DNA of 64,000 nucleotides from Perkinsela sp. CCAP 1560/9. Lineage: Eukaryota > Protista > Euglenozoa: Kinetoplastea. Location: the NCBI GenBank assembly GCA_965644495.1, contig CBFFSA010000010.1:1-64000 (forward strand), read 5' to 3'. This document shows, in pieces, positions 9,030 through 21,938 of this stretch (positions are counted from its first letter, which is position 1; each line of letters begins with the position of its first letter). The position numbers and the translations under genes were made by a program. The notes beneath the pieces are model-generated. The model made no database searches. It was not told where the DNA came from and saw only the letters and a list, made by a program, of their open reading frames with translations.

Positions 9030-12015
9030 TTCAGTCTTTAAAGCCCATTGCAAGCCTAATATCAAACACGCTGCCTTCTTTGTCTGCGACGCTGCCCTCA
9101 CTGTCAAGTGACGAGTATTCTGGAGTATGCGTGTCACCTTCGATTTTCCAAACAGGCGTGCAACCAGAATCGCGCTCAGCCTTACAACCAGACGCGGGCC
9201 CAGATTTCGACACGGTTCGCAGAGCCAATTCAGCAACACTAAACACCACCGCGTCCGGAGGAGGTTCCGAATCACAAGAAACAAATCCGTGTGCAGCAAA
9301 ACGCGAGGCAGATTTCAGTGAGGCAAAAACACCTGACGCGGAAGAAATTTCTGAAGGAAAGACACACGAACATTGCCCCGTATTTTCAGAAACACCGGAC
9401 ACACCGTTAACCCCAACTCAAACTTCGGGTATAAGTAAGGAGCCGCAAAGTACGCCGAAATCCGAACGTCCCTTCTTTGACTGCAACTCTACGCCGCGGA
9501 ATTCAGAGGACAGGCAGTTCTCAAACTCAGACAGGTCGAAGGACTCGCAGGAGCTTCCGAGTCCTCTCCAAGTGCCATATGAATTAACTTTTGAAAACAT
9601 GGCAGAAGAGGCGTCGCAGATAAGGGACTCTGCGCATCATTCTTCCGACGGTCCTTCACAGCTTGAAGAACAGCTTGAAGAAAACACGGTAGAAGAGGTG
9701 TCGCAGGTACGAGACTCTGCAAATCACTCTTCCGACGGTTCTCCACAGCTTGATGAAGCGGTGTCTCAGAACCCCCGAGATACACCGATCAGCGTCCAGT
9801 TTGACATGAACACTAAATCGACGGAAATTTGCGAAACACTAGCATCGTGCTCAAATCAGGATTTCCCCATCCCGGCAAGTGAAATCCGATCGTGGTCTGA
9901 ACACATCAGAAAGGGAGCGATGTGTTCTGTCGCGTGGTCGTTTGATAGGCAAGATGAGGTCAACGTCTCATTGGGTAAAGTATCCAGCGTATACCGTAGA
10001 AAAGGAACGTGGAAGTTAAATATCAGAACACACTCAAGCGGTCAAAAGATCATCAAGGAACACTCAATTAAAACATACGGCGGAAACGACTGCATAGGCG
10101 GAAGAGGGGGAAGAGTAGTAGTATGAATGAGAAACCTAAACAACGGTACGATCATCAAGGAAACTAGCAACATTCGTAACTCTCAATGAAATCTAATATT
10201 AGGATTAGGATTCGTGGGAGGAGGAAAGGGGGGAGAGCTCGCTGAGGTCTTTCTCTAGGCAAGAGAAAGAGTAAAGAAAAGAGAGAGAAGGGAAGGGAGA
10301 AAGACAGAAAGCTCTGTTCGCATTTGAGGAACATTTTTGACCTAAGATCGAAGTCCTCCGATCCAGTTCTCCTTCGGGATGTAATGACGAAGTTGCGAAA
10401 CAACCGTGTATGCCGTCATCTTTTCGATTTCGAGCTGAAGGGCTTGCCGTACGTTTTCGTATTTTAACTGGGCTCGGTTCGCCAACGCCTTCAACAGCAC
10501 TTTCGTGTCGTTATGTAGTAGGCCACAATCAGTTGTGGCCAGGCAACGAAAAGAATCGCTATCGACGCCTTTTTCTACGACGTATTTCTTGAACTTCTTA
10601 TCAATAACTTGCTGCATCAGTGCTGTGCTAGTTTGTTTGGCATAGCTGGCGCAGCAAGTGTGAACAACGGTGAAATCGTACAGGACTTCCCCCATGTGGG
10701 GCCACATGATGGCAAGGTCGGGGCCAGAACGAATGCGGCGGGCTTTGCACGGATGTTGCTCGGAAACCTCGGCTGAGATGGTGCATTTACATTTCGTGCA
10801 GAAATAGGAGGAATATATGCGTGGCTCAATGACCGAAGGCAATCCAGCTTTGGAACACAAATCGGCGAGATAACGGACGATGTGGGAGTGATTGCGCGTA
10901 CAGTTCATTCCTGAGCACCGGGAGCATCCTGCGACGTGGGAAATGATACTGGAAGGCGACTCTTGACTGCAGCAGCCCGGACAAGTAATCTTAGCGGGTG
11001 CTTTCGAAAGACCGATTCCCAAGCGCATCATAAGCGTGTAGCGAAAAAGGTATGGATTTATATAATTACTAGTGCTCTCGGGATGAAGATTTGCTTCTTT
11101 CGTGCGCTTCAAGATGTGTTCTATTCGACCGTTTTTCTTCAACTCTGCCAGTTGTTTCTCGTGCTCAGTGGTCATTTTCTTCTTCAGTAGCTTTTGAGCA
11201 ATTTCTCCGCGACTCTGAGCCTTCGCGCTTGTTTTGTTCCCGCCTGTAAGATCTACCGGAGCGTAAGTGGGTTGAAAGTGCTCATCAATAGATGTTTGGG
11301 CGGATTCAAAAAAGAACTTTTGCTTGAGAACGGAGGAAATCAGACCTAAGCCACCAAGCTTTTGCGGGAGTGCTGCAAGTTGAAAGGCGGTTTCATCGGC
11401 GCCGCACCATTTTTCAACAACCTTGTGAACTTGTTTCTCAAATGCTTCTGCAAGTCGTCGGGTAGCATGGGGTCGATGTACCCTTAAATGATAGTCTTGC
11501 CGGGGGATCATACATCGTCGTAGAATGGCCAGAGATAGGTTACTAGGTCCCATGAGCAGGAGGCGACGAAAGAGGCATTGGTGTTTGCTCATTTTCTTGA
11601 TAAGTAGGTCCTCCACAATCTCATCTCCGCCAATATAAGCCCCGAGAATTTTTAGTGCGTCTGGGCGGAAATTGACGCCTAACCCCTCCAATGAAGATTC
11701 GCCAGTGCATGGGGTGTCTTTCTGAAACCATTCACACTTTTCAAACTTAACTTGAAGGTTAATCTCTCCGGTGATTTCCCGTAGGTGCAGGAACGCTGCC
11801 TCGAGCGATTTCACAATCAATTAAAACATACGGCGGAAACGACTGCATAGGCGGAAGAGGGGGAAGAGTAGCATCGATCAGTTTCACAGAAGAAGGATGA
11901 AGAAGCTACCAGTGATATAAAATCAATCAAGAAAGCGCTGCTACATGCTCGAGCCGGGAACTTAAGTAAGGCGTCAAGAATTTTAGATGACATTTATGTT
12001 GGGAACGCATTGAAT
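9030..12015 (+). pseudogene. N-terminal fragment of an RT-RLE element, split by a nested insertion
   Basis: VAWSFDRQDEVNVSLG domain; resumes after 11871 with ARAGNLSKASRILDDIY, homologous to 62770-62982. Confidence 0.7.
10119..11816 (-). mobile_element. 5'-truncated RT-RLE element (ORF 10342-11816) with 55-bp TSD
   Basis: Identical 55-mers at 10064-10118 and 11817-11871; KILGAYIG, GGLGL, CPGC..H..GC, SGPD..YDFTVVH. Confidence 0.9.
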
Positions 12016-12410
12016 TGTGCATCATAAATATTATAAGAAAGAAAGAAAGCACTAAGCAAAACAATATCTTCATTCCCCTCTTCTATCTGATATTTGATAC
12101 GTTCAATTCTATGCACATTCAAAATTCATATGAATACTGTATGACCGGTCATAACATAACAAAATTAAATAATCCCACAACACTTCTGTCCTCTCCCAGC
12201 TTGCGAACGGGTGACGCGGGGACCACCCATTCGCTCGTCCTACTTCCATTTACAACCCAATCGCACGTTGATGTATTTCAGCGGTGCCTACTCCGCCAAA
12301 ATAAATCATAAGGAAATTCCGTATCGCTCACCGTGCCCGTGCTTCTCGATATTCACTGCTACATTTTTTTTTCTTTTTGGTATCGTATCTTCAAATTCAA
12401 AGTAAGTCGA

Positions 12411-14564
12411 CTACATGACATCTGCTTTATCCGAGTCTACCGTGCAGAGTCTACTATAAGGATCGGCCGGATTTTCGCTCGAACAAATATACTGTGCCTG
12501 AACGGCGACACCTTTACGCTTTAAGAAATCTAACAACCGGCGTAGCTCAGAAGTTATACCGTCTGAACGTGACATTTTTCTATTTATCGCAGCAACGCAC
12601 GAAGTATTGTCAACATATAGGTCGACGCATGTATCCGAGTTAAAATGATGACCATATTTTTGAAAGGCCAAGCGAACAGCCCGCGCTTCCGCGCGGTTAA
12701 CTTCATACTCGAAATCAGGGGGCCATTGAGATCCAGTGCACAACATTTGTCCGTAATCCAGATATAAAACTGCCCCCCAACCCTTCGAGGAGGCGTCTGT
12801 ACATAAAATGTGCCGATGCGGAACTGTTTCCGGATGCGGAAGCGGAACCACCGGCGATCGATATAAAAGGGTATCGCGCCACTCAGTTAGCGCAACCCGT
12901 ACTGGCGTTGGCAAGGGCACTATTTGATCGAGCAGTTCGGGTTCTCGATTTAACCTATTGATTCTCCGGCGCACAATTTTTAACTCCAGATGATATTGAG
13001 GTAGATTCACACCCATGACACCTGAGGCAAAAACCAGACGTCCGACACCAGCCTCTAACGATGAATACGTAGCACCAATAAATTCATCATGCTCTAATCT
13101 GCGGGTCAATTTTGGTCCCAGTGATACCTTCCCCTCACGATGGTGATATGTTATACCGTTGAATGTGTACCGCTGCTCAGGTGGAAGACCATGATCCTTA
13201 AACAAGGCATTCACCCGCTCCGCTCTATCGTCCACGAATCGCGCAAAGTCGTTTGTGATCTTGTCATTCCCTGCAAATCGAATTCCATCGATATAAGTAT
13301 CGAGGCCTCCATGAAAAAACGCCATTTTGTTCTCACAATATTCTCTATCTCCAGCCAGCGTTGCAGTTAATGCGTGCATCAGCTCCGGTGCACACCGGTG
13401 GCCCATCGGCATCACCGTTATCTCATACAGGTCCCCCATTTTATTCACGAAACGAAATTTTTGACGGCATGATAACGGAATTGCGACCTGCCAAAATCCG
13501 CACGCAAGATCACGCTTCACCGCACTCTGTTCCTTCGCGCGGTGTAGCTAGAAAGCTGCGTGTCTCACAGGAACATATGGCACGTAACTCTCCTTAATCC
13601 GCTCATTATCCTCCTGTGTCCATGCAATAAAACGTCTTCTCTCGGAGCCATCATCGGCCGGTTCAACAACAGTGAAAGGGATTACCCAATCCATCGTGGG
13701 GCGACTACTCTCCTGTTCTGCATCCACACGCGAAAAGAAACCCGCGTCGACCAACTCCTTTACATCTCCCTCCGGCAAGAAAGATCGATATGTGGGAACC
13801 CGAGATGCCACCCCTGGTAAAGATAACAACGTATTCCACGTCTCATCGAATCGAGCTCCCGCAGTCTCATTCATCATATTCCTGAGGGCTTGCACTTCAA
13901 TGCGTGGAATACCTTTTTTCACATGCAATGGGATGGAAAAATCTTTTGGGAGCGCTACTTTCGAAGTGCGTCGTGTACGTGTGATCGTATGCCGAACTTT
14001 CTCGTGAGGAATGTCCTCCAAAAACTTGCGAAAAACAAAATCAGCGTCTACATTATGTTTAACCGGCTTGTCGCGTTCTGCGTACCCAGCGCTAGCGCCG
14101 TCGTAACGGGGTCTGCATTGTATCTTAGGAGTGACTCCAGCGACTGATGCTTCGCTAACCGCTGTACTTCCTCGAGGCTCGTACCCCCCTTTGCGACCTC
14201 GGCGAACAACTGAGTTATCGCCCCCCTCTTGGCAGAGTGCGTCCCGAATCCTTCCCCCAAAATGCGCCTTATTTGGCGATCCGCTTCGGATACCGTTGTT
14301 CGAGACATTGGCTGGTACCCCCCAAGTCTGGAAATATAGTTCGCCAGCCGGCTCGTTCCCGGACCTTCCACTACCGTATACATTGACGGGCGGTAAGGAT
14401 TGAAGCGAGACGTTTTTGTGTGGCTCCCCCACCAAATCACTATCCTGGTAGGCGATATCTCGTGAAACTTGTCTCGGGTCAACATTGCCGTCTCTGACCA
14501 CCGACTTGCTGCCTTCCAACAAAGTAGCAAGGTATGTCTTTCGCTGTCCGGTAGATGGAGCCAC
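12411..14564 (-). pseudogene. RT-RNase H in two ORF pieces (13548-14564 and 12411-13520)
   Basis: RDLACGFWQ, MPMGHRCAP, YIDG, CTDAS, YVDNT, NPADPYSR. Confidence 0.85.
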
Positions 14565-15136
14565 AGTTGATTTAGATCGGTCAGAGTCAATGGGGTCATC
14601 TGGCGTAGCGGCTCCGTCGCCCCCTCGGCCATCAATGATTTTACGTAGAAGCGCAGAGGATTCACCACTTGCCCTGCCAGGTTGAGAATTGATGCAAGGC
14701 TGCGTGCGTACGTTAACTTTGCTTGGATTCGAATTGGCAAACTTGCGATAAATGCGACCGCGTGAATTGGGTGACCTCTATTCCCCTCCACTGACAAAAC
14801 ATTGTCAGTCTTTCCCACAAGCGAGCCCTCGCTTGCCACGTTGTTGTGCTCCACATCTCTCCCACGGCATCCAATGCGTTTCGTATTTCCGGTGTCAGTG
14901 TGGACACCCCCATTAACAATTTCACCAATTTGAAGCGTGCTGGACACGCCTGCTGTAGACTCAAAGTTCCGCCGTAAATACTCTCGGATTGTACGCACCT
15001 CCCGCTTAAGTTCTGAACATCCTTCACAACCAAATTGCATTCCACTCTCCTCCGCTTCGGGGCTTGCGCAAAAAGGCTTGTTTGTTTTCGTTTGAATGTA
15101 ATTATAATACTGGCCGTTTGGGTGGGGATTAGTCAT
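14048..15136 (-). CDS. Tyrosine recombinase (N-terminal part frameshifted)
   Basis: WKAASR, HSAKR, AKH, LLRY; WSTTTW..R..LW segment is in the 14713-15045 frame. Confidence 0.85.
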   Translation of the reverse strand: MTNPHPNGQYYNYIQTKTNKPFCASPEAEESGMQFGCEGCSELKREVRTIREYLRRNFESTAGVSSTLQIGEIVNGGVHTDTGNTKRIGCRGRDVEHNNVASEGSLVGKTDNVLSVEGNRGHPIHAVAFIASLPIRIQAKLTYARSLASILNLAGQVVNPLRFYVKSLMAEGATEPLRQMTPLTLTDLNQLWLHLPDSERHTLLLCWKAASRWSETAMLTRDKFHEISPTRIVIWWGSHTKTSRFNPYRPSMYTVVEGPGTSRLANYISRLGGYQPMSRTTVSEADRQIRRILGEGFGTHSAKRGAITQLFAEVAKGGTSLEEVQRLAKHQSLESLLRYNADPVTTALALGTQNATSRLNIM

Positions 15137-16259
15137 AAACTCTTACTGCCTGCGGCAGGGCAAGCCACCCGCGAGCGAAAATCCTGATTAAAGCGCTTGG
15201 GACAATTGCGCCAGATATGTTCTGGTGACCGGCAACCGAAACACAACAAATTTCGTCGCTGAAGAGGTCCGGTCTGACGAAAAGGTACTGGATTTGGGCG
15301 TGAAACTTGCGTTCCTAAAGTAGAAAACGATTGGACTCGGGCGTACAGTTTTTGTCGTTCGACTAACTGATCGCTCACATGATGATAAAATTTGTCCTCT
15401 GGGCGTACATCTTTCTCCATTTTCTGGTGGACGAGATCAACGTCAACTCGGCGCGCCGCCAGTAAGCATCCCGAAGGGTTTGAATTATTCCGCGTCCCAT
15501 CTCGAGATAGACCCCTTGGTTCCAATTTGGTATCAACCGAGCAAAAACAATCCACTTGCAAAAAATCGAATTGAACACACGTTCCTGCTGCTTAACGAAG
15601 CTCCGATCATAATAAAATCGGTTACCATGCAAACCAAATTCCGGGGCCTCTCTCAGCTCGCGAATCAAACCTCTGGTACGGAATCCGTCGTCGTCTAACG
15701 CATTAATCCACGGTTCAAAGGTTATCGGTTCATAAGGGTTCAATGCGTTGGGGTCAAGGAGCCTGGGCCTGCCCTCCTGTGGGGCCTCCGGAAGCGTCAA
15801 GGAGGGTCCCTCAATCTGTCTCCCCCCTGCCATTTCTTGGGCGCTACTTGGCAGTTCCCCAGACGATCCCACTGGCTCAGAAATAGGGACTTGCGAATTA
15901 GCAACTGATGACGGCACCTCGCGATCCTCAATAATGTTAATCTCAAAATAGTCCAAATCCGGGTGAGGAAAGGGGTACTCCTTAGACGGCTTATCTTCCC
16001 ACACCCCCCATAAGTCAAGACCTTCCTTGCGCAGCTTGCCCATCAACGTTTGTCGAGCACCATTACGATCATCCTTGCGACGGAAAGATGCTTGCACCTG
16101 CACCGAGGGTTTCACAAATAATCGCTCTCTGGCCACCGTACAAACGAGACTTAATTCCTGCTGCGTGAGCGGCTCGGTAGGCACGAGCGACTCAGCAGTA
16201 GGGGAAGAACTACGCGACGACCGTAAAGCTCGAGTTGAAGGAGCGTCAACCACGGTCAT
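15133..16259 (-). pseudogene. Gag-like ORF split by a frameshift
   Basis: YEPITFEPW..LIRELREAPEFGL matches gag 1; CFGCRSPEHIWRNC knuckle lies in a second frame. Confidence 0.8.
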
Positions 16260-16287
16260 TAAAACTTTAACTGTCGCGAATTAACAA

Positions 16288-17775
16288 ACTCTCAGTTCCA
16301 CCAACGTGCGATCACTCGAAGCGGCGTTCCTGCACTTACGCGAAACCACAGCCGAGCTCAATCTATGCGTTAACTTTCAAAAATGTGAATTCTTTCAGAA
16401 ATGTGCGTCATGCGAACCCTTTTCATTAGAAAACTTAGGCGTTAATCTTTGCACCGAGTCGATAAAGATCCTAGGAGCCTATATCGGCAAAGACAATGTG
16501 GTAGAAGATCTTCTCCTGCGCAAATTGAACAAGCACAAATGCCTATTTCGTCGCCTTCTTCTCATGGGCCCGAGTAACCTCTCTCTGGCGATTTTGCGCC
16601 GCTGTACAATTCCACGCCAAGACTACCATTTAAGAGTTCACCGCCCGGAGGCTACTCTTTACCTAGCCCAATCTTTCGAGCAGCACATACACGAGGTCCT
16701 GCAGAAATGGTGTGGCGCCGATGTCCAGGCACTCAAGCTTGCAGCGCTCCCGCAAAAACTAGGCGGATTAGGCTTGATTTCTTGCACTCTGAAACAACAA
16801 TATTACTTCGCAGCGGCCCGAGAATCTATTGAAGAGCAATTTGAACCCAATAACGCTCCGGTAGATTCAGAGGGCAGCGGCAAGGTCAAAGCTAAAGCTC
16901 AGAGCCGCGCGGAAAAGGCCCGCAAATTTCTTAAAAAGAACTTGAGCCAAGCGCATGACAAGCAATTAATTGAAGTACAAAAAGACTCAACCTTAACAAA
17001 TATCTTGAAGCGCACCAAGGAAGCTAATTTTCACCTCGAACATACAAGTAACTACGTTAACCCGTATCTTTTTAGATACACGCTCATGATGCGCTTGGGA
17101 ATCGGCGTGTCAAAAGCACCGGCCAAAATGATTTGCCCTGGATGTTCGAATCAAGAATCTCCTTCAACCATCCTTCCCCACGTTGCTGGATGTTCCCGTT
17201 GCTCCGGCATGAACTCTACCCGCAAGCATTCACACATAGTCCGTTACCTCGCAGAGTTATGCTCAAAAGCAGGCCTTCCTAGTGTCATCGAACCGCGCAT
17301 TTACTCTTCGTACCACTGCACAAAATGTAAGTGCACGATTTCCGCAGAAGTCGCCGAGCAACATCCTTGCAAAGCCCGCCGCATTCGTTCCGGCCCAGAT
17401 CTTGCCATCATGTGGCCTCACATCGGTGAGGTGCTCTATGATTTTACAGTGGTCCACACGTGCTGTACTAGCTATGCGAAACAAACCAGCTCTGCCCTCA
17501 TGCAACAGGTCGCCGACAGAAAGTACAAGAAATATGTGGTTGAGAAAGGCGTCGACAGCGATTCATTCAAATGTCTGGCCGCAACAGATTGCGGCCTGCT
17601 ACATGTTGATACAAAGGCCCTATTAAAGGCTCTCTCACAAAGAGCGAAGCTGAACTATGATAACGTGCGCAATGCGTTCCAACTCGAGATTGAGAAGATG
17701 TCAGCTTACACGATAGTATCTCAACTCAGAGACTACATCCCGACAGAGAAATGGATGGGAGGACTTCGGTTGTAA
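16288..17775 (+). pseudogene. 5'-truncated RT thumb-Zn finger-RLE ORF
   Basis: Close paralogue of 10342-11816; begins just after the YxDD position. Confidence 0.85.
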
Positions 17776-18116
17776 GAAGTCAGCGGACACGTCTATCTGG
17801 AATATTTATTTATTTATTCATTTATTTATTTATGAGAAGCGAACCCATGTCACAAGCGAAAAGCATTTCTAGAATGCTTAAATCATAATTCGATGCTCCT
17901 TCTTTCCTATCTCCTCCTTTGACACCCTATATTCCCCCTCTTCCTCATTCATTGAATTCATTCCGTTGCTTGTTTCAAAAAAAAAGTTATCTTAACAAAA
18001 AAATTGTTATCTTAATAAAAATTGTTATCCTGCTTTACTCATAACGGACACCCGTTCGCGATAGGGAGGGATGTATATCTCTCTGGGAGGCTAACAATAT
18101 CTCACTAAAGTTGCTA

Positions 18117-20370
18117 TCAAAAAGTGTCAACGTACGGCAAAATTATAACATAAGAGTTCACACCCCTGGGTGCTCGGCATGTAGTGCAGTGAACTGAGCT
18201 GAATCTTCGAGGCTCTTTCTCGCAAGGAATTCCTGCATTTAGACACATCTTGTGTATGTAGCGAACCAGGGTGTTATGTTTGAATGAGGCATTTATTCCC
18301 TTGCATTGAGTGCATCCTGGTAGATGGGTCAGAACCGAATGTTGGTTGAGTTCAGTTTGGCATCCGGGGCATCGAATTTCTTTCATTGACGATTGGAGGG
18401 GCATTCCTAATCTCGGTAATACCGCTAGCCTAAAAAGATGTGACGGTACCAACTTTGCAGTTGACTGCAGCCAGTCGTAATTTCCTTTGAAGGTTGTGGA
18501 CCTTACTATGTGGGATAGCTTCTGGGATCGTTCGCTCGCTTCATTGGTGTCTGTGCTGTTTCGTATTTCTTCTGACGCACGCACAGCATTTCGATTGACA
18601 ATCTGAGCTGAAAAAGAATTATGGCGCTCGAAAATCGTTTGTCGAGATGCTGCGTAAGCTGCGCGTCGTATCGAATTACATGCAGTAAGACCCAACCCGC
18701 CTTCGCTAACGGGGAGTCGTGCTAGCTCCATTTGCTCTTGGTCCAATGGTCCCAACCAATGTTTCAATACATCTCCTACCTCTTTATCGAACTGAAGTGC
18801 CGAATCTTGAGTATTGTCCGGGGCGTGCACGCGCATGAAGTAAGAGTGTCGGATGTTCACTGATTTGGAGAGAAGTCGGAGTGAAATATTGTTCGGACCC
18901 ATTATCTTGAGGCGTCTAAAAATTTCGTTATGTTTCTCAAGCTTCTGCATCAGCTTCTCTTTGATGGTTGCATTGTTACCTATGTACGCTCCAAGAATCT
19001 TGATCGCTTTTTCTTCTGTCTTCACTCTGCACTGTTCCAGTTTTATAGGTATCTGTGCCCCAGATGCCCCCCCGAACCAGACACATTTGGATGAGGAAAG
19101 AACCAACTTTTTATCCTCGATCAATTCTTTGAAACGGAAAAATGCTGATTCGAGTTGGGCTTTATTGGAAGAGCACAGATTCACATCGTCAATGTACGCG
19201 AAAATTTTGACTTCCGGGAATTCCATTGACATTGTCTCCAAGATTGGTTGCATAAGAGTACAGAAGTAAAGGGTAGCCAACGGTGAGCCCTGTCGCACTC
19301 CAGCTGTGCTCGGTACTACTCCCGCAAGCTGCCCATCTGTTCCGTAATACAACAGTTCAGATTCCCTGGAGTACTCAGCATGAAAGAGGCGTTGGAAAGG
19401 TCTCATCGCTGAAAAAGCAAACACGGCTTTTGCGATGTCAATTCTGGATGGGGTGTTAAAGGCGTTCTTGAGATCGAGCGAAAGAATGCACTGTCCTTTT
19501 TCGTACTTGTTATGCAGTGTGTGCACAATCTTTTCGCACCCAGCACGGGAGAGTACCCCATGCTGTATGGGTTCAAATAATGGCGCTAGCGTGTTTTCGT
19601 ACCGCTGTAGGAGAGTTATTCCTGCAAGCTTTGTGATCACTTCACCCATTGCTACCGGTCTGACTTCTGTTTCTGATTTGCTAATTGCGACGAGGCGTGA
19701 TCGATTTAGTCGATTCATAACTCCATCATTCAAGAAACCGTTGACAAGGTCTTCCACCATGATGACAAGACTGTTGCAGCAGATCTCGTCATCTAGTAGC
19801 AATCGTACTACTATGTCTGTGGTACCAGTCGGGCCTGGGTTAGCTCCTCTCGCCAATCGTCGTCCGGCGCTTCTAAGCTCTTCGGCATTTATCCCTGCAA
19901 TGACAGGGGCATCAGTTGGCAGTGGGAAAGCGCAAGGATGCTGGGGATGTAAAGCTAAAAGTTTTTCTAGTGTCTCTTTGTCAGTCAATTTGCTCCGCTT
20001 AAAGCTTTGGCCCATTATCTTGGCGGCCTTCGTCACGCTTCCCTCAAGGGCTAATCGAGTGGCTCGTTTTATAGCACGTAAGTCGCCCGTTAACTGTTCG
20101 TCTTCTATTGCCTCATGTCCGATAATTATAGGTTTGCGGCGCCGTTTTCTGACGTAGCTCTTTCGCGTCTCAGCCAAAGAGAATTTCATAGCCGACAATG
20201 CACGATGCCAGATTCTGTTTCTTTCAAGATAATCGCTTTGTTGATACATTCTGATTATTTCACGATACACTGCAACCACCCTCGGCGCAAATTCTGCCGA
20301 TATGGTTCGGCAGGTCGGAATGGGAAGATGATCGGTGTCTTGCTCTGTCCATTTGGAAAACGAAAAGTTC
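18117..20370 (-). pseudogene. Internal RT-Zn finger fragment of a CRE-like non-LTR element
   Basis: PGPTG, RPVAMGE, DLKNAFN, GVRQGSPL, YIDD, ILGAYIG, CPGC; both ends missing. Confidence 0.9.
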
Positions 20371-20831
20371 GCAGCATACACAATCGTGTCGCAGCTGCGA
20401 AATCACATCAAGGGCGAAAAGTGGCTAGGAGGCCTCAGACTCTGAATGTAGTCGGTTTTCTCGACTCTCCGACAGCACTCCCATCTTATGCCTTTTACTT
20501 TACGACCTGTGCCTCCGAAATGTGGTCGTTACGGTAGTTGATCGTGCCGACAGTGCTTACTCTCACGTCTTGCTCTTTCGAGTGAGGTTCCCCAACGTGA
20601 GGTAGGTAGGATCAGGTTTTTTTCTCGAAAGACCCGGTCCGAAACGTGCAATGATTATAAGTCCACTTTTATCATCCACTTTTCCTTCTCGTACCGCCTC
20701 TCTTCAACCTTCTCCTGATTGAAAATATGCTTTGCGAATTCCTCAAATTAAATTAAATATAATTTCATTAAAATTTTTGCCTATTGAAAATTACAATGCA
20801 TTAGGAACAATCATACACATGCCCATTTGAC
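20371..20831 (+). mobile_element. RLE ORF C-terminus (stop 20445) plus structured 3'UTR
   Basis: AYTIVSQLRNHIKGEKWLGGLRL* matches the end of the 16306 ORF. Confidence 0.75.
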
Positions 20832-20917
20832 TAATCAAATAAAATTGATTGATCTCACAGTAGTATAAAAAAAACCCACGGAACCTATGGTAGTGACATA
20901 GGTCGTGGGCACACAAA

Positions 20918-21170
20918 CTGCCGGTCCGGATGCCGGTCGATGCCGACAGGGTCTACGCTCACGCCTAGTCCGCCAGGTCTAGGTACTCCAAGTGAGGTAG
21001 GACAAGGGCTGGGAACTTTGTTCCCTCCCCGTCGGCCAGCATCATGCTCCGCGACCGTGCCGCTGTCGGCACAGGCCCATTGCTTGCGCCCTCTCGTACA
21101 ACAAGAGAAGGGTTAACAAGGAAAGCTGGGAGAGGTCGAAAGACCCGGTCCGGAACGCGCGAATGGTTAG
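20918..21170 (+). ncRNA. Second copy of the large structured 3'UTR RNA
   Basis: Reverse-complement homologue of 1597-1850. Confidence 0.6.
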
Positions 21171-21379
21171 GGGAAAGTCTGCCCCTCCTAGCAGAGGGAG
21201 ACCTCACCCTCCCTGGAAAGCTGAAAAGATTGGTAAAGGGAAGTGGGTAAGATGGGAAAGCATATATTTACTAGTTTTATATTTTTCTCGTTTTCAAAAT
21301 GGGGGGAAGTGAGGGAAAGAAGTTGAGCAAGTAGGAAAGTAAGTGAGAAAGTCATACCGTACATACATATATAAAAAAA

Positions 21380-21669
21380 ACTGTCCATTGATTGCGTGAA
21401 TTTTCATTCGATGCGAGGCTTGACTCTTGATGGGGTTCGTTTGGATATCCGATTGGACTTTCGGAAGTGTTGCGGTCTTGCGATATCTTCCATCGTATCA
21501 TGTAGACTCTAACATTTGCTTGTGGCGGTAAGAAACCTTGAAACGTGTGTCCCTGCTTGTGTCCAGCAATGCCAATGTACTGCAGCGTGCTTTTCTTGCA
21601 TCCTCCACGGGATCGTATTCCAATGACTGTGCCTTCGGATACATTTAGCGAAGTTTGGTTCTGAAAGCT
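21380..21669 (-). pseudogene. Fragment of the non-LTR N-terminal domain
   Basis: SFQNQTSLNVSEG...GFLPPQANVRVYMIRW. Confidence 0.7.
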
Positions 21670-21938
21670 CCCGTGTGGGATGCTAATCCCCAAGTGGGAC
21701 GTACGAAAACATGTAGTCCTTTTTCAGCCCATGATGAAAATTTTAGAAAATGCCCGTATTATTTTATTTATAACATTTATTTATAACATTTAGTATTGCA
21801 GGAACTCTTTGAGTAATACATGTAAAAATGTGAAATCGTTTTAATGCACCGTATTCATACATGTATGGAAGTAAACGATGGATAATTATGTGTAACTCAT
21901 TGTAATCCTAGCCGTATTTTCAAAGCAAAAAACGCACA

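Larger units (their letters stand above)
12200..16280 (-). mobile_element. Tyrosine-recombinase retrotransposon 2 (frameshifted)
   Basis: Same gag-YR-RT/RH order as element 1, homologous throughout; boundaries approximate. Confidence 0.9.
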
